Positions 26,117-39,800 of a DNA stretch of 64,000 nt are shown piece after piece. Each line of letters begins with the position of its first letter. Position 1 is the first letter of the stretch. The translations under genes were made by a program, and so were the position numbers. This DNA comes from the human T2T-CHM13v2.0 reference genome, Homo sapiens: NCBI RefSeq assembly GCF_009914755.1, contig NC_060939.1. One strand, given 5' to 3'. Under the pieces are notes generated by a model. The model was not told the origin of the DNA. It made no database searches and worked only from the letters and a program-made list of their open reading frames with translations.

Positions 26117-26409
26117 CCTCTCTGTAAGAAAATAAGAAATTTAATATGCTTTTAAATATTCCATTTAACATTCATTCTCCCCTCCATTTAACACTGTATT
26201 TTGCTGAGAAATCAAGGCTTTTAGATCCAGACTATTATTAGCAGGCTTTTTGTTCTCTGACATTTTTGGAGGCTATAGTTGTCTACATTAAGTTAACATT
26301 CATGTTAATGAACATTATTTCAACACTAACTATTCATTTTACAGGTTTAACTTTTATAATTTGTCTCTGCCATTGTTGCAGTCTTTAATTTGATCATTTT
26401 TGGGGGTTG

Positions 26410-27351
26410 CATGGAGTGTGATGTGCATTGCAGCTTGGCCTCAGTTCTCCCCGGCCCCATCCACACCTCTGCCACAGCTTCATTGGGAGCAGAGTGCATT
26501 TCCCCTTCCCTTGACCTTGGCCTTGGCCTTGGCTATGGGACTTGTGTTGGCTGGTGGTACATTGGCAGAAATGCTGAGTTTGAACTACAAAAGCCCTTAG
26601 CTGTTTCTACTTGCCCACTTCTCCCATCTCCCCCCACTATCAGCAGGAGAGAAGCCCTTGCTCACCTGCTGGTCCCAGGTGGGAGATGAGACACATGGAA
26701 CAGACCTCCCAGCCCACCTACAGACCACAGAGAGAAACCATGCTGTCCTGCCCCATCCCTCCTAGATCTGCCAGGCCCAGCACCTACAAATGCATGAGTG
26801 CTAACAAGTGACTGTGTGTGATGGTCAGTTTTACATTGTCAACCTGAGTGCACCACGGGTGCCCAGATTAAACACAGTTTCTGGGTCTATTTGCATTCTC
26901 ATTGGTGGATCCAGTAAAGTAGACGGTCCTCCCCAGTGTGGATGGGTATCATCAATCCATTGAGGGCCTGAATAGAACAAAAGACGGAGGAAGGAGAAAC
27001 GAAATTTGCCCCTTCTTTTTGCCTCATTGCCCGAGCTGGGACTTCTCATTTATCTTTTCCTGCCTTCAGGCTGGGATTTACACCATTGGCATCCTTGGTT
27101 CTCAGGCCTTTGGACTTGGACTGAATTACAGCACTAGCTTTCCTGGGTCTCCAGCTTGCAGATAGTAGATCATGGGACTTCTCAGCCTCCATAATTGTGT
27201 TACCCAATGAACCATAAACCTCCTTTCATGTCTGCCTGTATCTATCTGTCTATTTCTATATCTATATCCCCTATTGGTTCTCTTTCTCTGGAGAACTCTA
27301 ATGGCACTGTGGTTGGGGGTAGTTTGTTAAGAACTAATAGGTTAACAATAC
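26410..27351 (+). mobile_element. MLT1-family LTR interrupted by MLT2B
   Basis: tttccccttcccttgaccttgg...gacttgtgttggc; 3' end ttgggggtagtttgttaag...aataca resumes after the MLT2B. Confidence 0.6.
26817..27306 (+). mobile_element. MLT2B-like solo LTR (ERVL)
   Basis: tgtgatggtcagtttta...gtcaacctga ... ctattggttctctttctctggagaactcta; perfect 5-bp TSD CTGTG (26812-26816 / 27307-27311). Confidence 0.88.
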
Positions 27352-27909
27352 AGAGGAATTCCTAAGTCACCTTTTTCTAGGAAGGATAAATAAATGTCAT
27401 ATTTTTGGTGCTCTTTCACATTAGAAAAATCTCACGCTCTCGTCTTGCAGCATTTAGCACTGTGGAGCAATACCCTGATTTCACCTTTCACCCTTGACAG
27501 TTAATTTTATCCCAGCTTCCCTCCCTTCCAAACTGAGTGCTTGTACATTTATCTTTTTATTTTGGATATGTCTGGGTATTAGTCTATTTTCATTGTCTTT
27601 GTTTTTTCAGTCTTGCCTTTTTTTTTTTTCCAGGGCAGCAATTTTTTTTTTTTTTTTGGTGTGTGTGTGTGTTTTGTTTTTTCTTTTACGATTGTTCCTT
27701 CCCCATCCCTTCTGTTCTCTATTTCTGGGATTACTTTCGTCTATTTGCTGGAGCTATAAATACCCAGTCTTATACCTTTATCTTTACATCTTGCATCGGT
27801 TCTTTTCTCTTACATTGTGGGAAATGTGACTGTGTTCATCTTATTATTCTGCGATGCTGTTTCTGCAGAACCCAATCTGTTCTCTCTCCCCACTGAATGT
27901 TTTCCCTAA

Positions 27910-28209
<300 letters not shown>

Positions 28210-28449
28210 TGTTTTCCCTAACTTTGCTCATCTCTGCATTTTAAAATTCGACCATGTATTTTGCATCTAAATCTTTCTTGTTGTCAGATTCTTTTCTCTG
28301 CATATTTACATATATATTTTTCTATTATGTATTATCAAAAAGAGAAATTGGAGATTTAGGGAAGATATTTTCCTATTTTTAAAAAAATAAATCTGTTTTA
28401 TGGCGGGGGGATTGTGCTTTTATCTATCAGATTGGTTCCTGCTTAGGGA

Positions 28450-28655
28450 AGCAGCATGTATGAGGGTGAACGGCACAGGCTCTGTGGCCAGACTAACTCC
28501 CTGGTCTCAAGACCAATCCCACCATGTGGAGCTGTGTGGCCTTGGGCAAGTGACTTAACTGCTCTGAGTCTCAGCTACCACATCTGTAAAATGGGGACCA
28601 CCATAGCACCTGCCTCACAGGGCTGTCATTGTAAATAGATGAGTTTAATATTCAT
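28450..28655 (+). mobile_element. MIR
   Basis: ctgtgtggccttgggcaagtgacttaactgctctgagtctcag...catctgtaaaatgggga. Confidence 0.85.
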
Positions 28656-30589
28656 GTAGACTTTAAAACAATCCTGACTCTTGCATCACTACGTCAGTAT
28701 TTGATACATGAAATGGTGGCATCTGTCCATTTTTCTCTTTGCTCATCTTCATTTTGTCCAGTACTGAGGGTTCATATGGGATCTCTCTGGCATAAAACGG
28801 GAAGGGAAGCTCATGTTTTGTGTGTGTGTGCGTTTTTAGGTTGCTTCTTGGAGGTCTGGTGGGCCAAGAGCAGGAGTAGGAACGCAGAGCCTTGTGGCAG
28901 AGAAGTGTCCTCAGCAGGATGGGCAGTTGCTTTTCTGATAGCTGTGGTGGCTCATGGTGAGGCGAATGGGACATCCTGCCTCAGCAGGGCCCCCGCGTTA
29001 CCCAGCTCATGCCTGCACAAGGGGCAGGCTCCAGGGAGCCTCGTGGCCTTCACCATGAGAGCAGGCCCTGGGCTGTTCTGAAGACTTCGATCTGCTCCAT
29101 GCCACCCTCACTCCAGCCTCCACCGTGCCTCCTTGGGAGAAGGAAGCCGTGGGTAAAGAATCCTGGACAGGTGGACACATTATTAGTCTCTAGCAACACC
29201 TGAAGAAGTTTCCTTTCTTTCTGGCTTATTGATGACACCTTTTCATTTTTATCTGGCATATATGCAGAGTTTGTTTTTTTCTTTTAAGAACTTTAAAAAA
29301 TATATCTTAAAATTCAACAAGAATTTTGGAGGAAGCAGAGTTTACTCTCTGGATTCAATGACTAGGTTGAAATGGAGTCTGTCATAGTCTCCTAACTGGT
29401 CCTCCTGGTTCCAGTCTCCCTGACCCCTCTGTCTGTCCTCCTACAGTTGGAAGGAACTTCTCCGTCAAGTCTGACATTGGGCCCCTTCTTTAGCAGCATC
29501 TACCACGTGGCAACCCAACACCCCTCAAGGACACCCACACTGCGCTCTGATCTGCTGCAGCTCCCATCTTGCCATTTCTGTCTTGGCCCCTTCTCTCCAG
29601 GCACATGGCGTCATCGCTGTGCCTCTTTGTGCATTTTTGACTTCTCATATGCTCTCCCCTCTGTCGGAAATCCTTCCAGCCATCCTCTCAGGCCTGCCAA
29701 ACTCCTACCCTGCCAGGGCCCCAGGCCAGGGAAGTAGTCTAGCCCGGGGCTTCCCATCCTGCGACAGCTCCTTCCTGAGTGACACTTAGTGTCTTGCAGT
29801 TGTTTAGTTACAAGCCTGTTCCCTCCATGGACTGTTAGTTCTTCGGTAGCAGGAACTATGCCCTTTTTACTTTTGGGCTCTTAGTACCTGGCATAGGACT
29901 TAATACCTAGTGGATGTTTTCTGAGTACTTTATTGGCCCCTAGAGTCTCCAGTGTGAGCCATGCTGTCTTGGTTGCACCATCTGGCTTTCACTATTCCTG
30001 GAAGTAGGGATGAGATGATCTACTCCCTCTGACACTGGGTCCTGGCCACTGGGCCACTCTCCCTGGTTAGTTCCCCCACTATTCTCTCTCTGGATCTAAC
30101 GGAGCACCCCTCCCATAGACGTTGGATAATGACCTGAGACCACAGGGATGCCCAATCACCAGAAGCCATTCCCCACAGAGAGTTTGGGAGAAGGGGGACT
30201 CATTTACAATTCTCGTGAAGGGCATCAGATGCACTGCTTTTCCGCAGCCCTCATGTCTGCATTTAACCCTCACCCTCACGATCTCTGAGGACACTGTCAC
30301 CTGTCCATTTATGGAGCCCAAGCAAAATCAGAAAAGGAGAAGAATATTAGAGTATGATGTTGCCCTTCATTTTAAATGCAATTCATTGTTGCTTGTGTGT
30401 GGGGACAATCGCCCATCTCCCTGTGGAGGACCAAACAGAGGGTCATCACCCAGTGTGGGACATGCAAATGGTCAGAGCTAGTTAATTGACCTGGTTATGA
30501 GTTCAGGAATGAAAGTTTGGGCTTAAGGTGCTGGTGCACAGGTGTGTGTGAAAAGGTGAAGTCAGGGAAAAGAGAAGGCAGGCTGCATA

Positions 30590-31005
30590 GAAGCCAAGAG
30601 GTGGGAGCACCCATATGTCCTAGGGATGAATAGATGGACAAAATGTGGTAGATATTAATAGATACAATAGAATACCATTCAGCCTTAAAAATGACATTAT
30701 GACATAAGCTACAATGTGGAAGAACCTCGAAGACATTATGTTAAGTGACATACACGAATCACAAAAGGGCAAATACTACATGATTACATCACATGAGGTA
30801 CCTAGAGTAGTTAAATTCACAGAATGGTGGTTGCGAGGGCATGGGGAAACAGGGAATGAGGAGCTGTTGTTTAACAGGTACTGAGTTTCAGTTTTACAAG
30901 AGAAAAAGTTCTGGAGATTGGCTGTGTGACAGTGGAAATCTACTTAACACTACTGAATGGTATACTTAAACTGGTTAGGGTGGCAAATTTTATGTTACCT
31001 TTTTT
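30590..31005 (+). mobile_element. L1MB-type 3' end
   Basis: gatgaatagatggacaaaatgtgg...gaggtacctagagtagttaaattc...gttctggagattggctg. Confidence 0.8.
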
Positions 31006-31599
31006 TAAATAGAAGATAAAACAATCAAGTAGGCTGATTTAGAGAGTGGGGCATGGCATATGACCAAGGAGTAAATATTTGAGATCTAGAAGGAACTTGG
31101 GGAATTATGCTGGGTCTTAAGTTTGTCTAAGGATGTGAGAAACTATCATTATTGGAGTAATGGCAACTTCTTAGAGTAGCATGGTGCTGTAATGTTTACA
31201 AATGATTTTACTTCTAAGATCTAATTGTAAAATGTACTTACCTCTCTCCACAAAGCATTCAACTCGGCTTACAAATATACCTATAAAATATAAAATGTAT
31301 AATAAATAAATTTGTGTAAATACAAAATAAAACAGAGCTAAGGAAAAATGGAAATTCAAATAGAAGGATTTTTCTATAGAGGGATTTTCTATTAGAACAC
31401 ATGTGTATTACTTGGAAAATAAACTCAACTGCATATAACAGACACCCCAAACAACAGAGATGTAAAACAAAGATGCAGAATGACAGAGACTTATTTTGCT
31501 CTCCATAAAGGTCTAGGCCATTATGGTGGCTCTGGTCACAAGTCCATTATGCTAACAAGTCTCTTGTCAACACATTCTGTTGATGCTGTCCTGGGACTC

Positions 31600-32052
<453 letters not shown>

Positions 32053-32510
32053 AAAGGGAGAACAAATAGTGGGGGACAATTAACACTCTCAGCCATAACA
32101 TTTCATGAGCTCTTCTGCACTGAATAGCTGCCTGGGGTAGATAGTGCCTATGAGAAGTCACACACTTCAAGCTGATAGTTTACCATGACCCTGAGTCAGC
32201 TGCAGGTATGAAGCAGCCATCCTCACACAAAGTCCCCAGTACATCTTTCAGCAAACATGCATTTGAGGACTAGGAATGAGTCTCTGGATGTGTGATGCGA
32301 ACAGGTGTCTAGTGAGCAGATTCCGACTTGCCTTGATGACTTGCCACTAAAATACTTGCAGACTAAACCAGAGAGATCGAGAACCCAGCACTAACTACCC
32401 ATTGAGAAAATAAATCTGAAGGTCAACCTATTTCTAAAATTCTAGAAGGAATCCCAATATTAATAAGTATAATTGGAAGGGGAAAATAAACTTGTTAAAA
32501 AAAAAATCCT

Positions 32511-32829
<319 letters not shown>

Positions 32830-33869
32830 TTAAGCTGCTGGGGACACCTAGAAGGTGTCTAGGGCAGTGGGAAGAGTCTTTGCTGAGGTTGAGAGTTCTT
32901 TTATTTAAGTCAAGATCTTGTGGGCTATGTTAGGTTTTGCAAAGCCTGGATGAGCCTGCCCTGTGACAGCAGAAATGAGGAGGACTTTGGAGCTTGTGGG
33001 AAAGTCTTTGGGGAGACATGGATTTGAAAAACAGAGGGAAGTGGTGATGTCAAGACAGAGAAAGAGCAAAGTAGACACGGCTCAAATTCTGAATGAGAAA
33101 TGCCCTGTCAGGAGTCACTGAAGAATCTTAGAGCAAGGATATAATATTCTGTTTGAGTTGTTTACTTTTGCAGGAAGCAATCTTCCCTCCCACACGCCAA
33201 GCCTGCAGGGAAAGCCTGCTGAATACAGACTAGGTTCAGGTCGACTATACACTAGGGAGGAGAAGCAGGAGGGGGTGACCTCTCACTGAGACCAGAGCGG
33301 CTTGGAGGGAAGAGGAGCTCTGTAGCAGGTAAGAGGCAAATGTCAGGCCAGTTCATTAAGGAGCGGCAGATCCAGTCAAAAAAGTCTCAACCAGCCAAAA
33401 AAGAAATAGGCAAGAAAGTGGAGACTTCTGGGTGACCTGAGGCAGATGCAGCTGGACTGAAGAAACGCCCATCCAGGGTTTCCTTCCAGTAAACTGAGAG
33501 CTCCCAAAGAGGTGAGCACTTTCCACCTCTCCCTGTCTCTGTGTCATGTGACCAGAGCCTCTGCCCAACCAGCCATACCCTCTGGCAGGCTTTCCTTTGT
33601 CCACAGGTGCTGTCAGGGAGGTGGTCTGGGTCCTAGCCTAATTTTTGCCATAATTCTACATCCAGTATCTTCAGAGCACTGAAGGAGGTGCAGGAAGTGC
33701 AGAAAATGCAGAAAACAAAGGAAATGCAGTGGGGAGGGGCCTGGCTTCTGCACATTGCATTCACTGCTGTCTCCCCAAGGAAAGCTGTGAGAGCTGGACT
33801 GGAGATTGGACGCATCTGGAAGGAAAAGGATTCTTCAGCACAAGGGGGAATAACTCTCAAAACCGACAG

Positions 33870-36290
33870 GAATGTATGATGGCTCTCTCCTTAAAGCCAG
33901 AAACAAAAGAAAGATGACTGTTATCAATACTCTGTTCTTGAAAGTTCTCTATCAATCAGCTAAGAAAGTGAGAGAAGTGTGATCGTGAAGAAGTAGGAAA
34001 AAGTACCAAGACTTGCTGACAGGTAATTTAACTGCCTACCTAGAAAATTGAGAGAAGTAGAAAAACTAGAAGAGTTAATATAAAGTGGCTGGTTACAAAG
34101 TAAACATTCAAAAATCCATAGTTGTTCTAGGAATAACTAGATAGAAAATGTAATAGACTCTATAAACAGATAGCAATGCAATTTAGAAAATACATAGGAG
34201 CAAATTTAACATGAAATTGGCTGGGTATTTTTAACAGTGGTATGTTTTTTTACAGAGAGACATAAAAATCCACTTGAATAATTAAAGAGATATACATAGG
34301 CAATGGAACAGTTATTGCCAAGATAATCAATTCTCCCAAAACTAATTTAGAAATTGAATGTGATTTTAATGAAAACACAAGATTATTTTTTGAACTTGCG
34401 AAATAGACCCTAAGTTCATCTGAAAGAATAAGTGCCCAAAGAGAGCCAAGAAATTTTTGAGGAAACAGAAATAATATCAGTGTGTCTGGAGTTGGTTCCT
34501 TCTGGTGGGTTTGTGGTCTTGCTGACTTCAAGAATGAAGCCATGGACCTTTGCGGTGAGTGTTACAGCTCTTAAAGGTGGCACGGACCCAAAGAGTGTGT
34601 AGCAGCAAGATTTATCGTGAAAAGCGAAAGAACAAAGCTTCCACAGCATGGAAGGGGACCCGACCAGGTTGCAGCTGTTGGCTGGGGTGGTCAGCTTTTA
34701 TTTCCTTATGTGTCCCTGCCCATGTCCTGCTGATTGGTCCATTTTACAGAGTGCTGATTGGTCCATTTTACAGAGTGCTGATTGGTCCATTTTACAGAGT
34801 GCTGATTGGTCCATTTTACAAACCTCTAGCTAGCTATAGAGCGCTGATTGGTGCATTTTTACAGAGCACTGATTGGCGCATTTTACAAACCTCTAGTGAG
34901 CTACAGAGCACCAATTGCTGCGTTTTTACAGAGCACTGATTGGTGCATTTTACAAGCCTCTGGTAAGACAGAAAAGTTCTCCAAGTCCCCACTCGACCCA
35001 GGAAGTCCAGCTGGCTTCACCTCTCACCAGTACTTGTGTTACAAATACTGATTCAAAGCTACAATAACTTGATTATGGTTCAGGAATAGGCAGATAAACA
35101 GAAAAGAAACTAAATATTTTAAAGAAATTAGTATATATTAAAGATGGCATTTCACAGCAGTAAGTAAAATAAGATGAATTTTAAAAAATCAAAAAGAAAA
35201 CGCTAGAACCTCAGACATATATGTCAATATTAATTCCAGGTGGAGGGAATATTTATATGTTAAAATAAGTAAAAATGTTAAAAAGAAAACCACAGAAGCA
35301 CTAGGAGGAAACGTTGCTATTTGTATTAGTGACGTGGTCACTGGAGTGCAGTTTCCATGGTTCCTGCTCCGTCTGGTCCAGTATCTAGAGCAGTAACAAT
35401 ACAGTATCTATTTTTCCAAGAATAAATGAATAAACTTCAGTACATATACTTCTAAAGCTTTTTCTGCTTTTGAAACAATTTTGTTACACAAAACATTTTA
35501 GTCCCCACTGGAAAAGATATTTGCAGCATATGCAATAAAGAAATAATATCTTTAGTTTATAAAGAACACTTTCAAATCAACAAGGGAATGATAATCCTTC
35601 CCCAGTAAAAATGAGCAATTCACAAAGGAAGTATTAAAATGGTCAATAATAGGAGAGTATGCTCAGGCTTCTTGAATATTCAAATTTAAACAACAAAACA
35701 CCAGTGGGAAGATATTAAGGGCTGGCGAAGTCATAGGAACACAAGGCCTCTTAAACGCTGGGTGGAGATGGGAGACTCATTTTCTGGGAGGTCATCTGGT
35801 ATTTTGTGAAGTGTCACTGAAATCTGTGTATGTGCACATCATTTGACTCAGCATTTCTTCTTTCGGGAATTTTATCTACCCTCATAGGTGTGCCCAAAGA
35901 TTTAACTACAAGCATATTCATGGGAATAAGCCACCTAAAAGCCCAGCAATGAAATATTGACTATGTACACGATGGCAGATCCGTTTAAGGAAAGAACATG
36001 CCATCATTAAAAATGGTGCTGCAAAAGAAAACTTAATGTTCTAGAAAAAGTGGTCTAGATAAATCTCTAAGTACAACAAGGGGCTCGGTGTACATGTTGA
36101 ACTTATCCTATTACTATAAAAATTACATATATATATGTAAATATATATATATACTGAAATAGGGTGAATGGTTAGGTGCCTTATCTATGCATAGTGGGAT
36201 TATAGATGATTTTAAATTTCTTCTTTTTGCTTTTCTGTAAATTTCTAAATTTTCTACAATTTGTGCAATAAGGTGTATGTGATTAGGAAA
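33870..36290 (+). mobile_element. Highly degraded L1M (ORF2 to 3'UTR) interrupted by an LTR12
   Basis: taaagtggctggttacaaagtaaacattcaaaaatcc; ctaagttcatctgaaagaataag; catttgactcagcatttc; boundaries approximate. Confidence 0.6.
34481..35026 (-). mobile_element. LTR12F-like solo LTR (HERV9 group)
   Basis: Minus strand starts TGAGAGGTGAAGCCAGCTGGACTTCCTGGGTCGAG; tandem 24-bp units with CCAAT boxes; 4-bp TSD tcag/ccag. Confidence 0.9.
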
Positions 36291-36563
36291 AAATTATGTG
36301 GCCAAAGGAGCTCCCCATGTAAGGAGAAGCAGACCGTGAAGAGACACCACTGACATCTGGGAACAAGGCTGCAGGAGAGGCCAAGTGTCCAGCACCCAGT
36401 GGAAGGGCCCAGGCTTCCTAACCCTGGTCTCCCTCAGCAGTGTGGGGGGGGGTCTGGCCTCCATGCCCTCTTTAGCCTGGCTCCCCTACTGGCCCTTGCC
36501 CCTGAGGCCTATTCACAAGACATCTTAGGACCTGACCAGGACAGTTTTCCAGAGCTTTCCTAG

Positions 36564-36911
<348 letters not shown>

Positions 36912-37497
36912 TGAGACTGTTTAACCTTATGCCAAGCTGAAGGTATTCTGTCATTTCCTACTTTTGAAATGAGAAAGGATTTGTCATTTAACAGAAGAAT
37001 TAAAGAATGTGCCACATGCCATATATTTTCTTCTCATTGCAGATTTAGTTTTGCCTCTTTAAATAATTACTCATTGTAATTTCCAATGGAATCCCCCAAA
37101 ATGTATTTCTGCCTTTGATAGCATTTGTCTCTAATAAACTTTGTTAATGCTCTTTTCTTTCATTTATCCATTCTTTTTTTAAACAGTGGGGAATGAGATT
37201 TCCAGGAATATGATAGAGAACCATGCACCTTGAGTGTTGCAGGAAGGGATCTGAAAGCCGTGTGGTTCAAATTCCATTTTTGGCACTGGACATTGAAGCC
37301 CAGACACTGGTGTTAATTTCTTATCGTCCCAGTTGGTGGCTGAATGAGGGTGACCCCAGGCTAGGTTTTGCCTGTGTTTCCTCTGAAGCAGGTGCTGCTT
37401 CTCTGCTCCTGTCCCTTTCTACCTCTCCCTTCCTTTTCCACTTTAAGTTGCTCCTTGACTAGAATGTCCCATCAGCTGTCTCCCTGACAGCTCTTCT

Positions 37498-37806
37498 TTT
37501 TTTATTTTTGAGACAGGGTCTCACTCTGTCTCCCAGACAAGTGCAGTGGCACAATCTCGGCTCATCGCAACCTCCGCCTCCCCACAACCTCTGCCTCCCA
37601 GGCTCAGGTGATTCTCCTGCCTCAGCCTCCCGAGTAGCTGGGATTACAGGCGTGTGCCATTATGCCCGGCTAATTTTTGCATTTTTAGTAGAGACGGGGT
37701 TTCACATGTTGGCCAGGCTGGTCTCAAACTCCTGACCTCAAAATGATCCACCTGCCTCAGCCTCCCAAAGTGCTGGGATTACAGGTGTGAGCCACCACGC
37801 CCGGCC
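37498..37806 (-). mobile_element. Alu (AluS-type) with ~17-bp internal duplication
   Basis: TSD cctgacagctcttct/cctgacaggtcttct; caacctccgcctccc is repeated as caacctctgcctccc at ~37568-37599. Confidence 0.95.
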
Positions 37807-38110
37807 CCTGACAGGTCTTCTAAACAGCCAGTATCCCAGGTACTTTATCTTTTCTCCTCCTTCCTCCTTCTTTTCCCTAACAAGAAACTAGATAAAAATG
37901 ATCACTGGTGCTGAGCTTTAAAGGACTTTGAATCACAGCATGTAAGTTCACATTATCAGTCCAGCATCACATGTTCCAGCCCCTTCAAATACGTGTGTAT
38001 ACAGGGAAGAAGTGACTTGTTTAAAGCATCAGGGCTGGATCTGATCTCACATCTTGTTTTTAGTTAGGGTTCTTCAGAGAGACAGAGTGAACAACATATA
38101 TATGTATGTG

Positions 38111-39800
38111 TGTTACGGGATCTCTGAGGTGTTGATTTTTCTGGCCAGAAACCTCTGTGGCGGATGCCTTTGGCTGTGGCGCCTTTACCCGAGTTCTTTG
38201 TCCAAGTTCTTGTCCTGTGTGCAGGAGGCACACAGACAAGTGAAGGGCAAAGAAGAAGAGTTTTATTTAGTGTTAGAACAGCTCAGAGGAGTGTGCAGCT
38301 CCTCTCTGTAGGGAGGTCATCCTGTCGAGTGTTCAGCCCTCAGCAGAGAGGAGGCCCCAGAGAGGGTGGCTCCTCTCCGCAGGCAAGCCATTCAGTCTTC
38401 TCTGCAGGTCTCTGAAGCTCTCAGTGGAGAGGGTACTCCTCTCTGCTGCTGGGTGTTCCCATCACCTCCAGCTATCAGAAGAGAGGGTACTCCTCTCTGC
38501 AGCTGGTCATCCTATTGTCTTTCTGCCTTCTTCATCCTCTGGCTGTCTTCTGCCATGCTCTGGCTGAGCCCAGGGTTTTATGGACCTCAGAGGGGAAGAA
38601 ATGTGTGCTGATTGGTCCATGGGCAGCCATGGGTAGCCCAGAAGAGGCACCATGAGTCCCCACTCTAGTCCGGGGACTGGCAGCCCATCCCCTAGCCTTC
38701 AGTCCCTCCTTGGTCTGAAGGTGGGGCCTTACTGAGGACCCACCCCCTTCAGCCAAAGACTCTGCCTCCTGCTATTCAAAGCCCTGGGGCTAGGCCCCAA
38801 CCCTGCTACCAGATTGGAGCGGGTGCATGTAGAGAGAGACCAGGCAGCCTAACAGACATCCTGGAGCTAGGAAAGAAGGGGTAGGAGGGAGGCGGGGGGC
38901 CCTTCCTGGCCAGAGGATGTAGGCAGAGATGCTTAGGTCCTGTGCCTGGGAGAGCAGCTGCAGCTACACTCGGGGAGCTCTGGCCCCTGCAACTCAGAAG
39001 GGGCAGGGTTCCTGTTTGTCCTAGCTCCTGCCTGCTCCGTGGAGCAAAAGGCCCAGGTCTGCAGCCACGGATCAGGCGGTTGCAGCTGCACCGAGGAGGG
39101 CAGATCCTGTCTGCTTCTGCCCCTCTCCAAGTGTGTCCGGAGTTGGTTCTTTCCTGTGGGTTCATGGTCTTGCTGACTTCAAGAATGTAGTCTCGGACCT
39201 TAGCGGTGAATATTACAGCTCTCAAAAGGGGCACGGATCCAAAGAGTGACCAGCAGCAAGTTATTGTGAAGAGAAAAAAGAACAAAAGAACAAAGCTCCC
39301 ACAATATGGAAGTGGATCCAAAAGGGTTGCCGCTGCCGGCTCGCGTGGCCAGCCTTTATTCCTTTATTTCTCCCTGCCCATGTCCTGCTGATTGGTCTAT
39401 TTTACACAGTGCTGATTGGTCCATTTTATAAACCTCTAGCTAGCTACAAAGTGCTGATTGGTGCATTTTACAATCCTAGCTACAGAGTGCTGATTGGTGC
39501 ATTTTACAATCCTAGCTACAGAGTGCTGATTGGTGCATTTTACAATCCTAGCTGCAGAGTGCTGATTGGTGCATTTTACAATCCTCTTGTAAGACAGAAA
39601 AGTTCTCCAAGTCCTCATTCCACCTGGGAAGTCCAACTGGCTTCACCTCTCACAAGAGCACAGGGAGGCTGGGACCCACAGCCACAGTTTGGGCGGCCAT
39701 AGCCCCACCCAGGAGAGCGGGGCACCAGCTCCATGGAGTGTGCAGCCCCAGTTGCCCCTCCCTGCTGCAGTTGGCGTGATGGCAGCAGCCACTGATGTCA
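38111..39800 (-). mobile_element. MER52-like LTR (ERV1), middle layer
   Basis: Starts tgttacgggatc (reverse complement of MER52 end GATCCCGTAACA); GC-rich body; ends gcagcagccactgatgtca. Confidence 0.75.
39132..39652 (-). mobile_element. LTR12F-like solo LTR, inner layer
   Basis: tgtgtccggagttggttc ... ggcttcacctctca; 36-bp CCAAT-box tandem units; perfect TSD CAAG (39128-39131 / 39653-39656). Confidence 0.92.

Noticed and set aside
34720-34960. Regular repeats resembling a CRISPR array or a repeat protein (VLIGPFYR)n
   Set aside because: These are the LTR12 U3 CCAAT tandem units with no unique spacers, in eukaryotic DNA.
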